Of a DNA stretch of 60,000 nt, positions 1 through 13,490 are shown piece by piece. Below the pieces are notes generated by a model, which was given only the letters and a program-made list of their open reading frames with translations, had not been told where the DNA came from and did not search any database. The translations under genes were made by a program, and so were the position numbers. Numbering within the stretch: the stretch's first letter is position 1; each line of letters opens with the position of its first letter. The stretch is from Malacoraja senta (Eukaryota). Location of the stretch: assembly GCA_038087875.1 (NCBI GenBank), contig CM075998.1:2048001-2108000 (forward strand), in the 5' to 3' direction.

Positions 1-377
1 TACTTTTTGGTGTTTAACAATTGTTGTCGACTCGGTGGGCCGAATGGCCTGTTTTCATGCTGAGCAATGCTGTGCTATAGCATGGTTTCTTCCCAGAATT
101 GCAGGGAATATTTAACTGATGGGAGAAGGACCATGTACTGGTCTCATACTGTGCTGATGTTACTGAATCACTGAGTGCCGTGTTTAAAGCTGCCTTCCAT
201 AGTCTCACTATTTCTACACTTGTCATGGGTTACACCCTAAGCAAGATCTTCGTCCTCTTTTGGAGGGATGGCCTTGCTCTTTGTCAAGATTCCAACCTGT
301 TAACAGCTAAAGGAGAGGAATCTCATCATCCCTGTTGCTTCTCCGCGACTGTTACAGGAATTATTAATCACTTCTGA

Positions 378-470
378 GCCTGAAAAAGGGTCTCGACCCG
401 AAACGTCACCAATTCTATCTCTCCAGAGATGCTGCCTGACCCACTGAGTTACTCCAGCTTCTTGTGTCTT
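378..470 (+). repeat. Penelope pLTR-derived repeat; further copies at ~915-1054, 5228-5330, 6385-6535, 12365-12522, 16003-16060, 20575-20660, 22770-22852, 31700-31790, 33040-33197, 40625-40885, 48153-48345, 48878-48985, 49980-50320, 51930-52013, 55187-55318, 55635-55695
   Basis: Shared consensus ctgaagaagggtctcgacccgaaacgtcacc...ctccagagatgctgcctgacc..ctgagttactccagc. Confidence 0.8.
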
Positions 471-1644
471 ATCTTCTGAGCTTTACAACTTTATTTAATT
501 TTGAGCTCTGTGGGAAAACTTGAGTTTCTTGATCACAGTGTTCTCTCTAAAGCTTCGATTCTTGTTCCCAGCAGGGGCAGAATGTCAATGACACTGAGAT
601 AACAGGAGACGTTGCGTTTACAGCCATGTTTTTGCTTTTCCATTTTCAATTCTCATCGATTTTAACATGATGATGAGTGTGAGTTGTCTTGTTGCTGACC
701 GGATAATCAAAACCCTCACTGAAAGGCTGCTGGTGAAGTGTTGAAACTTTCAAGGTGACAATTAATCTTTTTATTCCCGATGAGTGAAGGTATCGGGATT
801 ATGGAGATGCTGTGCAGACCACCTGTGGTCGTGTACTTGCAACTTCACAGAGAAAGGGATTGACCCACATCCCCTCGTTTGCCTCGACCGCTGCAATCTA
901 TTCCATTTCGTAGTTAGACAGAAAAAGCCGGAGTAGCATCTCTGGAGAGAAGGAATGGGTGATATTTTGGGTCGAGACCCTTCTTCAGACTGAGTTACTC
1001 CAGCTTTTTGTGTCTATCTTTGGTTTAAACCAGCATCTGCAGTTCCTTCCTACATGTTCCATCCCGTACATGCTCTTTCATTCTGTTTGCCATTAACTTG
1101 CATTAAATAGTAATTTACAGTGGCCAATGAACCGACTACCCCGTATGTCTTTGGGATATGGGAGGAAACCAGAGCACTCTGGAGGAAACCCACGCGGTCT
1201 TGGGGGGAGAGTTTTTATTCCACGCAGACAGCACCGGAGGTCGGGTTCAAACCCTGGAACTGAGGTGCAGCAGATCCGAGACTGCTGTAGTCTAATAGAA
1301 GAGTAAAGCGGAATCGGCTTGAGCGACTGAAAAGCCTCTCCCTGTGGAAGTTGTTGCACCAAATCTTTCCATATTTTCCCCCACGTACAGACAAATTTCA
1401 GTCTTTTCACTAACACAATGCTTTTTGTGTGTTTATGGATCGTCATGGTCCTTAAGGGCCGATGGGCCTGTTTCCATGCTGAACAATGCTGTGCTATAAC
1501 GTGGTTTCTTCCCAGAATAGCAGGGAATATTTAACATTCAGGTGAAGTTGCGTAAACAGCCATGGGATATAGTTGCTTTTTCATGTTTCGTTCATCATCA
1601 ACCTTAACATGGTGGTTGGTGTGAGATGTCTAGTGCTGAGCTGA

Positions 1645-1914
<270 letters not shown>

Positions 1915-2445
1915 TGAGCCATGGCAGCTCGCATCTCCCACGGCTCTCGTGATCCGCGATTCCCTCCGCAACTCCAGGGAACGGTCACGTAACGCACGCC
2001 GTGATAAACACTCTGTTACTCATTTCCTCCACCCGCCATCTCTGCAACCTCCACTCTCCTGCCTAGCTCTCCAGATGTCTTTGGCGCGTTCAATTCTGCC
2101 ACGTATCGACATGGATTGGGAATCGATAAACCGGCAGAAAGCAAAGAGTTGGGAGGAAAGGGATCGTGCTCAGGATGACAGGATAATAGTTCTCCAAGGG
2201 TTGGAAGTTGCCTGACCTACTTGGGTACTTCCAGCATTTTCTGCCTTTGTCCCCAAGGGCTAAAGCCTGGAAAAGTAAGAGAATGTGAGATTGGGGAGAA
2301 ATAGTTATGCAAGTGTTTATTTTCTGAGAAAGCATGAAAAATCATTGATGAAAATATACCCAATCTTCAAATACTTATTCTCTGTGGAGGTCAGAGACTG
2401 TGCGACTATAAATATTAGTCTACAGGCTCAAATCAAGGGGAATAG

Positions 2446-2604
<159 letters not shown>

Positions 2605-2885
2605 TAGCATAGTTTTATCATGAGATAATGTTTGACGTGAAGAATATCTTAAAGATGCATTTCCTGAAATCCTTTATCCCCTCTGTTCCTCCTCTTCTGC
2701 TCTCGTCTCTCGGGTTGTGTGTTCCTGACAATAGGGAGGTGTTGCAATTGTGTCCCCAAGTGTGCTTGTTACTGGCTTCCAACATCAACTGCTCAATCAG
2801 CAACCCCCTCCCCCCCCCCAATGCCACCTCGCTGCACATACCCCACCAAGCCACTACACTTGGGATGCATAATACAATGAATGAT

Positions 2886-3028
2886 AGAAGTTAGACACAA
2901 AAAGCTGGAGTAACTCAGCGGGTCAGACAGCATCTCTGGAGAAAAGGAATAGGTGACGTTTCGGGTCGATGCTCTTCTTCAGACCTGTTTCGGATCGAGA
3001 CCCTTCTTCGGACCTGCAGTTCCTTCCT
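2886..3028 (-). mobile_element. Penelope pLTR-derived insertion with tandem hammerhead cores
   Basis: 14-bp TSD atacaatgaatgat (2872-2885, 3029-3042); two successive CTGAAGA/CCGAAGA...GAAA cores. Confidence 0.75.
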
Positions 3029-4086
3029 ATACAATGAATGATCCCTGTACCTGCATGTGTTTTTTTTTTGTAGGTTTAGAGTCTGCTGAAGACAGTTTTT
3101 ATATATAATTTTGTGGCATAAAGGGCTGCTTTTGTCACATCATCCCCACAGCATGATACCAGCCCCGCTCTGTAATACCACCAACACCATCGATCCAGAC
3201 GGGTGTCATCAGGTCGGGAGATTTCCGAGTGGGGTTCTTCCAATACGTTGCCATGTAAAAGATGCCAGCACTTTTGTTGCCAGCAGCTACCTAGCTTGAG
3301 TTTCAAGCCTGACAAGATGGCAATGGTACTCATAGAAACGGAGAATGGCCTCATATGTCATTTAAAAAAAAAAATACGAGTAGCCCTGAATGAATCTCTA
3401 ACCTTTCATGGCCATGTTGTGCATTCCACCTGCCCTGAGAACCTGGCTGTAAAGTATCAGAAGGTTGAAGCGTGCATTACACCAGTCCAGGTGCTGGAAG
3501 TGCAATCTTACTGTTTTGCAGCTTGTAAATAACAATTCCCGAACAGGCTTCCCTTCGCTCAGTAGTGTGGCTATTTTTCTGTGTTTCACACCAGGCAGAG
3601 CTGCTTCTGCCCATAATTATCCTAACCTAACCTCCTTCTTTCCAATTAGCAGTGCCAAGGATAGTAACAGGTAGCGAGCAGCCACTGTTAGTTGCTACAA
3701 GCCCATTGAAAATCCAATTAAATGCATATCCTTCACTTAAATATAGAAAGTGAGGCAGCCATGTGGTGATTAGCAGAGGTGCAACGTCGTTTCATCAATT
3801 GACTTTATGCCACATTGCCTGGAGTGCATCGAGCCACCGCACAAAGACATCGATTCAGAGTGCTGAGTTCCAAAAGAAATACTTCTGTGCCTTTGATTGC
3901 TAACATTAGCTCTCAGATGATCTCCCAGCCTCTCTGTAGCCTGATTCCCGTGTGATGAATCTCATCTGGTTCTCCTCTGGGCCACTGGGTTGTAGGGCAT
4001 GACATGGTGCATGACTTTGGTGTGATATGGGTGGGGAGGGGGGGGGAGGTGGTCAGTGGTATTCTTGCAGCCGCCCAAAAATATAA

Positions 4087-4370
4087 AACGCATAGTTTAG
4101 AGATAGTGTGGAAACAGGCCCTTCTGCCTTCCGAGTCCGCGCCGACCAACGATCCCCGCACATTAACGCTATCCTACACGCATTAGGGACAATTTTACAT
4201 TTGTACCAAGCCAATTAACCTACAAACCTGTACGTCTTTGGAGTGTGGAAGGAAACCAAAGATCTTGAAGAAATCTCACGGGGAGAACGTACAAACTCCG
4301 TACAGACAGCACCTGTAGTCGAGATCAAACCCGGGTCTCTGGCAACTCTACTGCTGTGCCATCATGCTGC
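4087..4370 (-). mobile_element. HE1-like V-SINE copy (others at ~1090-1290 -, 6600-6778 -, 7345-7604 +)
   Basis: Reverse-strand match to the 44662 element (ggggagaacgtacaaactcc, gagatcaaacccgggtctctgg). Confidence 0.75.
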
Positions 4371-4869
4371 ATTTGTCTCAAATTACAGAACTATTTCTCA
4401 TTCAAAAGTTTTGAATTTTAAGCACTTCGGTGTAGTTCATTTTGATGTTTGTTGACTATGGTTACTGGAAGGCAATGGGCAACTTTTCCATTCCCACTGC
4501 TCCCATCATTTCCCTCCCTTCCTGCCTAGGCACTGTGTTCTGTAAAGAAGACAGCTCATTGAGCAGCCTCCAGCGTTCTGCCATTGTTTCCTCTTCCTTT
4601 TTGGAAGGGTCAGTCCTCTGCATGAGAACCTGCCGTTGCAGGGCTGAATGGCTCTTGTCATTTAGCATGACTAGAGATGGTGCAAAAGCTTCAAGTTCTT
4701 GGGGCACTGCAATCTGTTCAAGGTGGACCAGTTGTACCTCAGCAGGTCTGGGATCAATGTCTTTGCAAAGAGGTCCACTCCTGGTTGGGGAACATTTAAG
4801 CTAAAATGGCAGTGTTCCATTGCCCTTAACCAAACGGGCCGTTTGGCCCAATGCCGTTATTGTATCTGC

Positions 4870-5170
4870 CTCAACCACCTCCTCTGCCAGCTCGTACCAT
4901 CTACCCACCACCCTCTGAGTGGAAAAAGTTGCCCCTCAGGTTCTTATTAAATCTTGCCCCTCTCACCTTAAAACCATGTCCTCTTTGATTTCTCCTACCC
5001 TGAGTAGAAGACTGTGCATTCACCGTATCCATTTCCCATATAATTTTACACACATGCCTAGTTCTGCTCCTGTAACATATGAACCTCGATAAGATCACCC
5101 CTCAGCATCCTACGCTCCAAGGATTAAAGTCCTAGCCTTCCCAACCTCTCCTTATAACCCAGGCCCACAC
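4870..5170 (-). mobile_element. CR1 3' fragment; others at ~7175-7290, 14145-14340, 14495-14640, 45455-45575, 47780-48130, 48355-48470, 53420-53725, 54000-54297, 59110-59275
   Basis: RGHGFKVRGARFNKNLRGNFF motif here; the others match the 3' end of the 36-39 kb CR1 (ggatatggggagaaggcagg...gaatggcctactcctgc). Confidence 0.7.
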
Positions 5171-8100
5171 ATCCAAGATATTCTCTTTGTTCTATCCATC
5201 TATGTTCAACTCAAAGCTCCTTTCCAATTCTGATGAAGAGTCTTTGATCTGAAACATCAACTCTGTTTCTCTATCCACCGGTGCTGCCTAACCAGTGTTT
5301 TCTGTTTTTATTTCACATTTCCTGCAATTGCATTTTTTTTTTTGTTGCTTGTCAATAGAATGTCTTTAAGTGTGGATAAGGTTGGTAAACTGCTGGCATG
5401 AGTAGCAATGTGGGAATATGATGTGACTCAAAGGACAGTATTGGGCACTTGATATTCCAGGATATAATGTGTTCCGAATAGATTGGGAAGGAAAAAAGAA
5501 GAGGTGGGTGATGATTCTAATTGAAGATGCTTGAGAGAGCGATGTTCTTGAGGGGTTAAGAAGAGAATCCTTTTGCATGGACTTAAACCAGGAAGGAATG
5601 TACCACCACTGGAGCTATCGGGTGGTATATTAGAATGGCGGGCAAAGAAGGGGTGGAATTTCTGAAACTTGCATTGTTTGCTGGTAAACAGACATTTCTG
5701 CAATTGGTTCTGGAGAATGAGTGGGGGAACAGTCAGAGAACAGTGATTATTGAGAAAGGTATCTCTGCATGAAAATAATACTTTATTGGCCAAACTTATT
5801 CCATAACTAAAGGTTTTCTTGCTCCTTTCCCCCCACCCCTATGCAGAAGAAGGGGAAATTGAGTTGCTGTTCTTTGTTCCAGTAACGTTTTGCAAAGATG
5901 TTCACTGTGTAAGGAGCAGAATAAATAGAGCTCCTCTGAAATGTACTTTAAAATGGCTTCATTGTTCGAGTATGATGCATGATTCTTGTGCGGTGGGCTC
6001 GTGGTGTCATGGAACTTTCTGACCCATTCCCATTCGGATAGAAATTCTTGCCCTCCACTACACATACTTCTGCTTTTCTTGTCACATAGTATCTTCACTG
6101 TGTTTCACAGAATCATAAGGACTCCGGTGGAGATGTGATTGTGCGCGTCACACTGAGGTTATTGAGGGGAGAGAAAGAGTTCACTGTTAATGAAATATTC
6201 AAAGTAGTTGAGCCTGATCTGTAACCATTGCAAGGCCAAACTGCCATGTGAGCACTGGAATGAAATGATATTCCTTTTCATCTGTGGCTCTAAAATGGTG
6301 TCCTGCCTGCAGAATGAGGAACACTAGAGCATTCTGGTGGAACTTGTATTGTGTGAGAACTTGTGAACCTTCACAGGTCAACACAGTGTAGGGAGGAACT
6401 GCAGATGCTGGTTTAAACCAAAAGACAGACACAAAAAGCTGGAGTGACTCAGTGGATCAGGCAACATCTCTGGAGAAAAGGAAGAGGGTAGAAACACTTC
6501 AGACTCGTTGAGTTGCTCCAGCTTTTTATGTCTCTCAGGTAAATCCAGTATGTTGCATCAAAAATAACTTGGGGACAAATATTATTTGCTTTTACTTATA
6601 GCTTAGATTTACAGCATGGAAACAGGATCTTCGTCCCGCAGAGTCCAAGTCAACCGTCGATCACCTATTCACACTTGTTCAATGTTATCCCACTTTCTCG
6701 TCCTCTCCCTACAGACTAGGGGCAATTTACAGAGGCCAATTCATTAGAGTAACCCCATGCAGTTACAGGGAGAACGGTCTTGTTTAAAGAAGAAAACGTT
6801 GGAAGGGCCCTAATGATACAACTTTTAAAATAACATTTTATTTAAAATAATTTAAATATTTTAGTTTAAAATACAAATTTTGAGATGTCCGGTGATCCCA
6901 GTATACAAGTGGGAGATGCTACATCCAGTAAAACTATTGAGAATCTTCAATTGGATTCAGTATTTGGTTTCCTGGTCTTCTTTCTTGTGGGCGGTGTAAC
7001 TGTTGAACGACAACAATTTTACATTTGAATGTTTAAGCCAAGTAATTGTAATCTGGGTGGCAGAATGCATTATTGTGATAACTCCTTTATGATGTAGTCC
7101 AGATAGATTTTACAACCAGCTTAACGTTAATGGGCTTTCCTAGTTGAAGAAGTTCATTGGCTTAAAAATAACAGAGTCAGGGGATATGGGGAGAAGGCAG
7201 GAACGGGGTACTGATTGTGGATGATCAGCATGAATGGCGATGCTGGCTCGAAGGGCCGAATGGCCTACTCCTGCACCTATTGTCTATTGTTTATGAGAGT
7301 ATCTAGAGGAAATCCATGCGGTAATAGGGAGAGTTGAAGAGGGTGGCAGGGTGGCGATCCCGACTACGGGTGTTGTCTGCACGCAGTTTGTGCGTTCTCC
7401 CCCCGACAGCGTGGGTTTTCCCTCAGATCTTCGCTTTCCTCCCATGCTCCGAAGACGTACAGGATTGTAGTTTAATTGGCTTTGGAATAAATGTAAAATT
7501 GTCCCTGGTGTGTGTAGTAGTGTTAGTGTGCGAGGATCGCTGGTTGGTGTGGATTTGGTGGGTCGAAGGGTCTGTTTCTACACTGTATCTCTAAACTAAA
7601 CTAAGGATCTTGCTACTATGTTGAGGCTCGTGTCACTGATACCATTTATGTTTTGAAAAGCCCCGTGTCTCCACCAACTAACTAACAGACTTGCCAGAAT
7701 CTTATCTTTACCTGCTTATAAATGTTATATCAGGCTATGTTTCTGGTGTGGAAAATGCATTGCCATAATATTCAAGAAAACATTAAATAGAGTCCCTGGA
7801 GTGTGCTGCCTCCACCAAACAACACAGTGTTGGCATTCCTGGGCCAAAAGGCAGTTTCTTTTAGCCTTTTGGAAACTGCTTCTACAGTGGGAACACAATT
7901 AGTTGTAAATTATTTCTTGTTGTTTTCTGTGAGTCTTATCCCCCACTCCCTGCCGTTGCATTTTAAATGGTTTGTTGAAATTTTGTGGTGTGGGTATGAA
8001 ACATTGTAGCCTAAATACCATATCAGAGTAGCTGCCACATGTAAACTGGACCAGAAATCGCAACATCAGAACAGAGGAGGCAGCAAATTGGTGAGGGGTG

Positions 8101-8251
8101 GAATCTTGAGTTTCCAATTATCTAATTGCCGCAGATGTTGATGCATTACCTGCCTGTGAAAATTGAGGACACCGTTGCAGCCGACTACTCTTGAAACCAT
8201 GGTGTGGTTTGTGCAAACTTTACAGACAATTCTGCTTTTGTTTGGTCTCAG

Positions 8252-8455
8252 ATCACAAGAAGAGCCTTGTTCCCTGGAGACTCTGAGATTGATCAGCTGT
8301 TTCGCATATTCCGAACCCTTGGAACGCCGGATGATTCCATCTGGCCAGGAGTGACATCTATGCCCGATTACAAGCCCACATTTCCACGGTGGATTCAACA
8401 GGATCTTAGTAAAGTAGTCCCCCCTTTGGACGAGATTGGCAGGGATTTGTTGGCG
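8252..8455 (+). CDS. CDK2: CDK2 coding exon 6
   Basis: ctcag acceptor, gcg|gtgagt donor; 204 bp, [47 protein letters not shown]...DLLA (GDSEID motif). Confidence 0.97.
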
Positions 8456-9031
8456 GTGAGTATGAGTATAATGTCCTGTAAAGATTTCTAAGCAATGTTA
8501 GTGAACTGCAGGGTGATCAAGCTGTAGAACTCGAGCTCTGGACTGATAGGACTTTATGATAGAAATTCCAGTACGTCCAATTGTAGTTTCAGGCTAGTGT
8601 GAAATAGAGAAGTTAGTGTCGTGGTAGTTTAAGCAAAAGTGCAAGCAAAAGTGCTTCAGATCGAATGCAAGCAGAAAATAGAAGTTTTCTACACTTCTAC
8701 TGATATACCAATGTATAAATTGCAAAAATCTGGAAATAGTTTACACTTGCCTCTGGTATGGACTGTAGGGATGAGTTTATGTTTTAAATTAATTCATCAT
8801 CCCAACAAAGGATTGGATAATAGTTTGTCCTTGGCTGTTCATGTAAAATGGAGGCTATTTAGCATTCCAAGAGACGCATTACTACCCTTGATGCTCTTTC
8901 AGTTTTCCCTTCAGTCTTAATGAACTTAAGGTTTTTTAAACTTCCCGTGTATTCTTGAAATTCTTATGAATTTGAAAGCGGGGGACATGTATGACTGAGA
9001 ACTGACCAAGTTTGATTCTTCTTTCTTGCAG

Positions 9032-9136
9032 CAAATGCTTCAATATGATCCAAGCAAGCGCATCTCGGCGAAGAACACCCTGTCCCATCCTTTCTTCCAA
9101 GATGTGACCAAACCGGTCCCTCACCTTCGAGCGTAA
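9032..9136 (+). CDS. CDK2: CDK2 terminal coding exon 7
   Basis: ttgcag acceptor; [34 protein letters not shown], matching the CDK2 C-terminus; TAA at 9134-9136. Confidence 0.96.
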   Translation, partial: QMLQYDPSKRISAKNTLSHPFFQDVTKPVPHLRA

Positions 9137-10152
9137 AATTCAGCTGCTCGATTGCTGCTCTGAAAAGCCTGAAGTCTCCTGTAGGGAACCGACGAAGGTG
9201 TCAATTCATACAGTCAGCCCAGTCTTTATTCCCAGTGCCAAAGATTCATTTGTTGGCCACTAACATCTTGTGAGCGTTTATTTACAAATTCCATCTGATC
9301 TTTGTGAACATTCAAATTTAACACTTTTTATATTGAAGTATTTTTTTATACTCTTCTGCTAAATGGGTGACGTCCCGTTAGACTACTTCATGGGGCCATC
9401 TTGGCTATGACGAATACAGATTGAAAGGTTCTGGAAAGTGTTAGTGCTTCCATTGTAATACAGAGGGACAGAATAGTTGTGCAGTTGTGCTAAAATTCTC
9501 TGTTGCTTAAAGTATGCTCTAATTATATTGACCAATTAATCAAAATCTTTTTTTTTTTTAAATAACCCTCATCTTTTCATCTAAAAGAAAGCTAATCTCC
9601 ATCTTTAAGCCAAGAAGATCACGGTTTGATTCTTCACATTTACAGATCTCAGTAAAGTGCCACAATTTTCTGGGTTTGGAAAGGTGAAAAGGCCATGATT
9701 TCACTTCCTGGTTACTATCCAGTAGACCTTGCCGACAGTTTATAGGTAGGAATAGCAATGTGAATGCAATGCATCCCGAGGTGGGGGCGTTCAACCAACA
9801 TTCATTCCCCAGTCTGGCTTGTGAAGAGTGACCTTTTAGACAAGGTAGAAATTGCTTGCTGAGCTTGAAGAGTTAGTCGAGAGGAGCGCAAAAATTAAGT
9901 AATGGGGTGATAGTTTACTGAATAGCTGAAATAGACTGTGTTTTAGATCCAATTTAAAGCCAAACCAAACCTAAATCCGGTGCTTAAATTAGTTAATCTT
10001 AGCCAGATTTGCAGTGGAGGACACAGTACTTATCCACAGTACTTATCCACAGTTTTAATGAACAGGGGAAGTTGGCCTGGCTTGGTCACCACTTGGGTGT
10101 TTTCAACAGGAAAAAAACGTGTTGGTATGAATGTCTGGTGTCAAAGCATGTC

Positions 10153-10158
10153 AATAAA
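10153..10158 (+). terminator. Candidate CDK2 polyadenylation signal
   Basis: AATAAA ~1 kb after the stop codon; actual use cannot be shown from sequence. Confidence 0.3.
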
Positions 10159-12952
10159 GTAGAGGGATGGGTAGTAAATTCATCAAAAGGCAAAGATAGA
10201 TTATATCGATAATACTTTATTATAATTGATTAGACTACCAGTGGGTTCACCTAGCAGATTAATATTACAGGTGTAGTTTGTCAGGACGGTCACGGTAGTT
10301 GACTGCACCATGATTAAGTCAATCTGATAATCTACGTTTCGGGTGCCTTTGTCTCCCGGTAGGAGCGTGACTACTGTAGTTCAGTCTTGACTCCAGCTGG
10401 GACGTTGGTACAGTTTGACAGCGTATACTGGTCTAACGTTAGTGACGAATTCTTGATAATAGAAAAAGCACAAGTAACAAGCGTGGTGAACAAAGAGGGT
10501 AGTGAGCTGCACAAAGGATCCACGAGCACATGGTCGTGAAGCTTCTGAATTGTCTGACCTTTCATTCAAGTTAATTTACTTTGGTTGAATCAACAATCCC
10601 ACGAAAGCTTAATTAAAACTCTATAGCTTAAAATGTCACTTCAAAATAATATAGAAATGTGATTTTTAAAACACAAACTTTTAATCTGCTGTCTAACTTC
10701 TAATCATGGATCTGCAAAGGGCAATATTCCAGTGTTTTGAGAATAGTTATAAATATCTGAATTCTTATTGAAGTTTAGCCAGCACATGTGTGCTTGAATG
10801 CAATCTCGCTGCTCTTACTTTGGGTAGTTGTGCCTGAGTGACACTCCATTGATAGGAGATCAAATATTTGTGATTAATTGGCTTACAGCAGTGATTAAAA
10901 TTGGGTACAATGTGTCTGCAGCCCAAACATAACAGGCAATTATACAAGTGTGTAACCCCTGCTGTGCTGTGTCACTGATTTTCAATTTGACTATGGGTTG
11001 AATCCTAATGGTCACTAAAATAAGCCTTGGGAATGCCATAAGCACATCAAACCCAGTAAAATGGAGAATAAACTGATGCAGAAACCAGCTAGGTCCAAAT
11101 CACAATGTGATGTCCACAGATTGGTTAAAAATTATTATCACATAATTATTCTCATGATTCATCAATGTCTTTTGGGGAAATCTGGGAGGCGGCAACTAGT
11201 CCCAGAATTATTTTCCTGCCTGCAGACCTCTGAGGGAAACCAGAATGAGATCATTAGCCAAGTGTGTAAATGGTTGAGAGACGAGAAGGCCCTGAGTGAC
11301 TCGGTGGGTAAAGCCACTGTTCAGTAAGGAACTGTGCAGCACAGTAGTGGAAAATTTCTGGTTTAATCCTGAGTTAGATGATAATGGCGCCTTGCTGCCT
11401 GAACTAGAAAAAACGGATACTGCCATAGATTTTTGTCTCGTGTTCCATTATAATGTCTCAGCCATCCATTTCAACTTTAGTTCAATTCACCAACTTGTCC
11501 CACACTGTAGTAACTAATCCCTTTCCGACCAAGGCTTTGGTCTATTTTAGACTTTGGTCTTTTGACTATTTTATAAAGAAAACTCAAACAGCAGTTTATA
11601 TTTTCAAACTTAACTATCCATTTTATGTCTGAAAAGATTTATTTAAATTTGTCGTACAGATTAAAATTAAAGAATGTTGTAAATTCTGGTTTCCTTGGTG
11701 ACCCATTTCTGTACACTCCTGCATTTTGGCACACTGACTGGCTGGCTGTTATGGTGGCTTGTCTGTGCAACTTGCCAAAAATAATGGTCTCATAATGGTG
11801 CAGTGTCCGCTGTTAGCACCAATCTGACCCTGTGGGTGAGCTTTGATTTATTTTTTAAACTTGGGGATTCATGATATTTACAATGGCCATGTTTTAAACT
11901 TGTGGAAAATTAAAAATATTTGTAAACTAAGTCATCCGTGTGGTAGAAAAATTAAAAGTTATATCCACTTGAATTGCATGTACACTTGGATTACAAAGGA
12001 ACGTGTTTTCTGCGTTTCTGTGTCGGCCAGAAAGAGGCATTCTTGTTTTCTTTTCTCGTGTTTTGCGCTGTGACTTTAGTTTCTAATTCGGACTTCAACG
12101 GCCCATCGTCAGTTAGACACTATTCTCCAATCTGGAGAGGGCACTATCACCCATCAGTGACATTGTGGGCAACACAAATGGAACACTGGAGGCCTGGTTC
12201 CAGTGGACATCCATTTAACCTTATTGTGATTCATTATTACAGCTCTGGGATAAAGTCGTGTGATTTCATTACAATTGTTCACCTTTAATTAAAGCCAAAA
12301 GTGCTGTTGAGTGGATCTCGCTCCTCTCATCCTCCACCAGTCAGCCGTTTATTATAAATAACAAATCTCTCGTCTCCCTCTCCCCTGACTCTCAGTCTGA
12401 AGAAGGGTCTCGACCCGAAATGCCAGCTGTTCCTTTTCTCCAGAGATGCTGGCTGACCCGCTGAGTTACTCCAGCTTTTTGTGTCTATCTTCGGTTTAAA
12501 CCATCATCTGCGGTTCCTTCATAATGAGGTGATTTATTTTGTGTTATTAAAATTATTTTATGGCTGATGTCCAGGTACAGCAAGTAATTAGCTCTGAATA
12601 CATTCACTGACACCATTGACTGAGTTGGAAGAAGTGTAGATCAACCATGTCAAACCCCATAAGAATTCTGTATGTTTCAATGAGACCGTCTCATTATTCA
12701 AAACTCTAGAGTAAAGGCCCAGGCTGCTTGATCTCCTCTCACATGAATCAATCTGCTGCATAAACATTATATTATCTCTATCATAAGTATATCCATCCTT
12801 GGGGTGGGAGACCATATCTGTACATAGCATTCCCAGCTGTAATCTCATCTGGGTTCCTCATAATTGCAGTACCGTGTCTTTACTCTTGTACTCAAATTAT
12901 CTTGCAATAAAGGCCAACATACTATTCCCCTTTGCAATTAGTTTCTTATTGT

Positions 12953-13100
12953 TGTGGTTATGGTAGTGGACTAGAAATCCAAATGCCTGACCCGAGGCAT
13001 GGATTCGAATCCCAGTATGACAGCTGGTGAATTTAAATTAAATTTTGAATTAAAAAAATCATGTTGGTAATGGAGTTCATGAAAATGCCTGTTGCTATAA
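12953..13100 (+). mobile_element. Degenerate tRNA-derived SINE head
   Basis: gtggttatggtagtggactag...ggattcgaatccc (B box) followed by cagctggtggaatttaaatt; no cloverleaf or acceptor stem. Confidence 0.5.
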
Positions 13101-13102
13101 AA

Positions 13103-13490
13103 TTCTTCTTAGGCCCCCTTCGGTCTTGGCTGACCATGGGTGCCTCCAGGGTGCTATTCCCTATATGGAGGACGCCTGTGCGTGACTTTATTTAACATGG
13201 GGAGACAATCCTTGACATCTGGGTCAGGATCCAGTGGCATGGAGTCCAAGACGACCGGAGACCCTTTTCTGCTGCAGCCTTCATCCGCCTTCCCAGCCGT
13301 CGTGACACTCCACTAAGGACCACCTGTTCCACCGTTGAGGTCTTGGCTGGATTGCTCTTTGTCAGAGACCTCCCCCTCGACCTTACCGCCATGGGTGGCC
13401 CTACCAGGAGCATAGCTCCAGACGGCATCGCTCTCAGGATCTCAAGTCCACACATGTTTTTTCCACCACGACAAGGTGACAATCCACGGG
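13103..13490 (-). mobile_element. Non-autonomous RTE-clade-derived element
   Basis: 5' part caccttgtcgtggtg...gggccacccatggc...ctgacaaagagc resembles recalled RTE (BovB/Expander-type) 5'UTRs; (GAA)n tail at 13103-13110. Confidence 0.6.

Noticed and set aside
667..698. C/D box snoRNA (ATGATGA...CTGA) in CDK2 intron
   Set aside because: Only ~30 nt between boxes, no terminal stem, and the motifs are not kept in the duplicate at ~1608-1640.
12953..13030. Possible tRNA gene
   Set aside because: Only A/B-box remnants, no acceptor stem or cloverleaf; continues into SINE body sequence.
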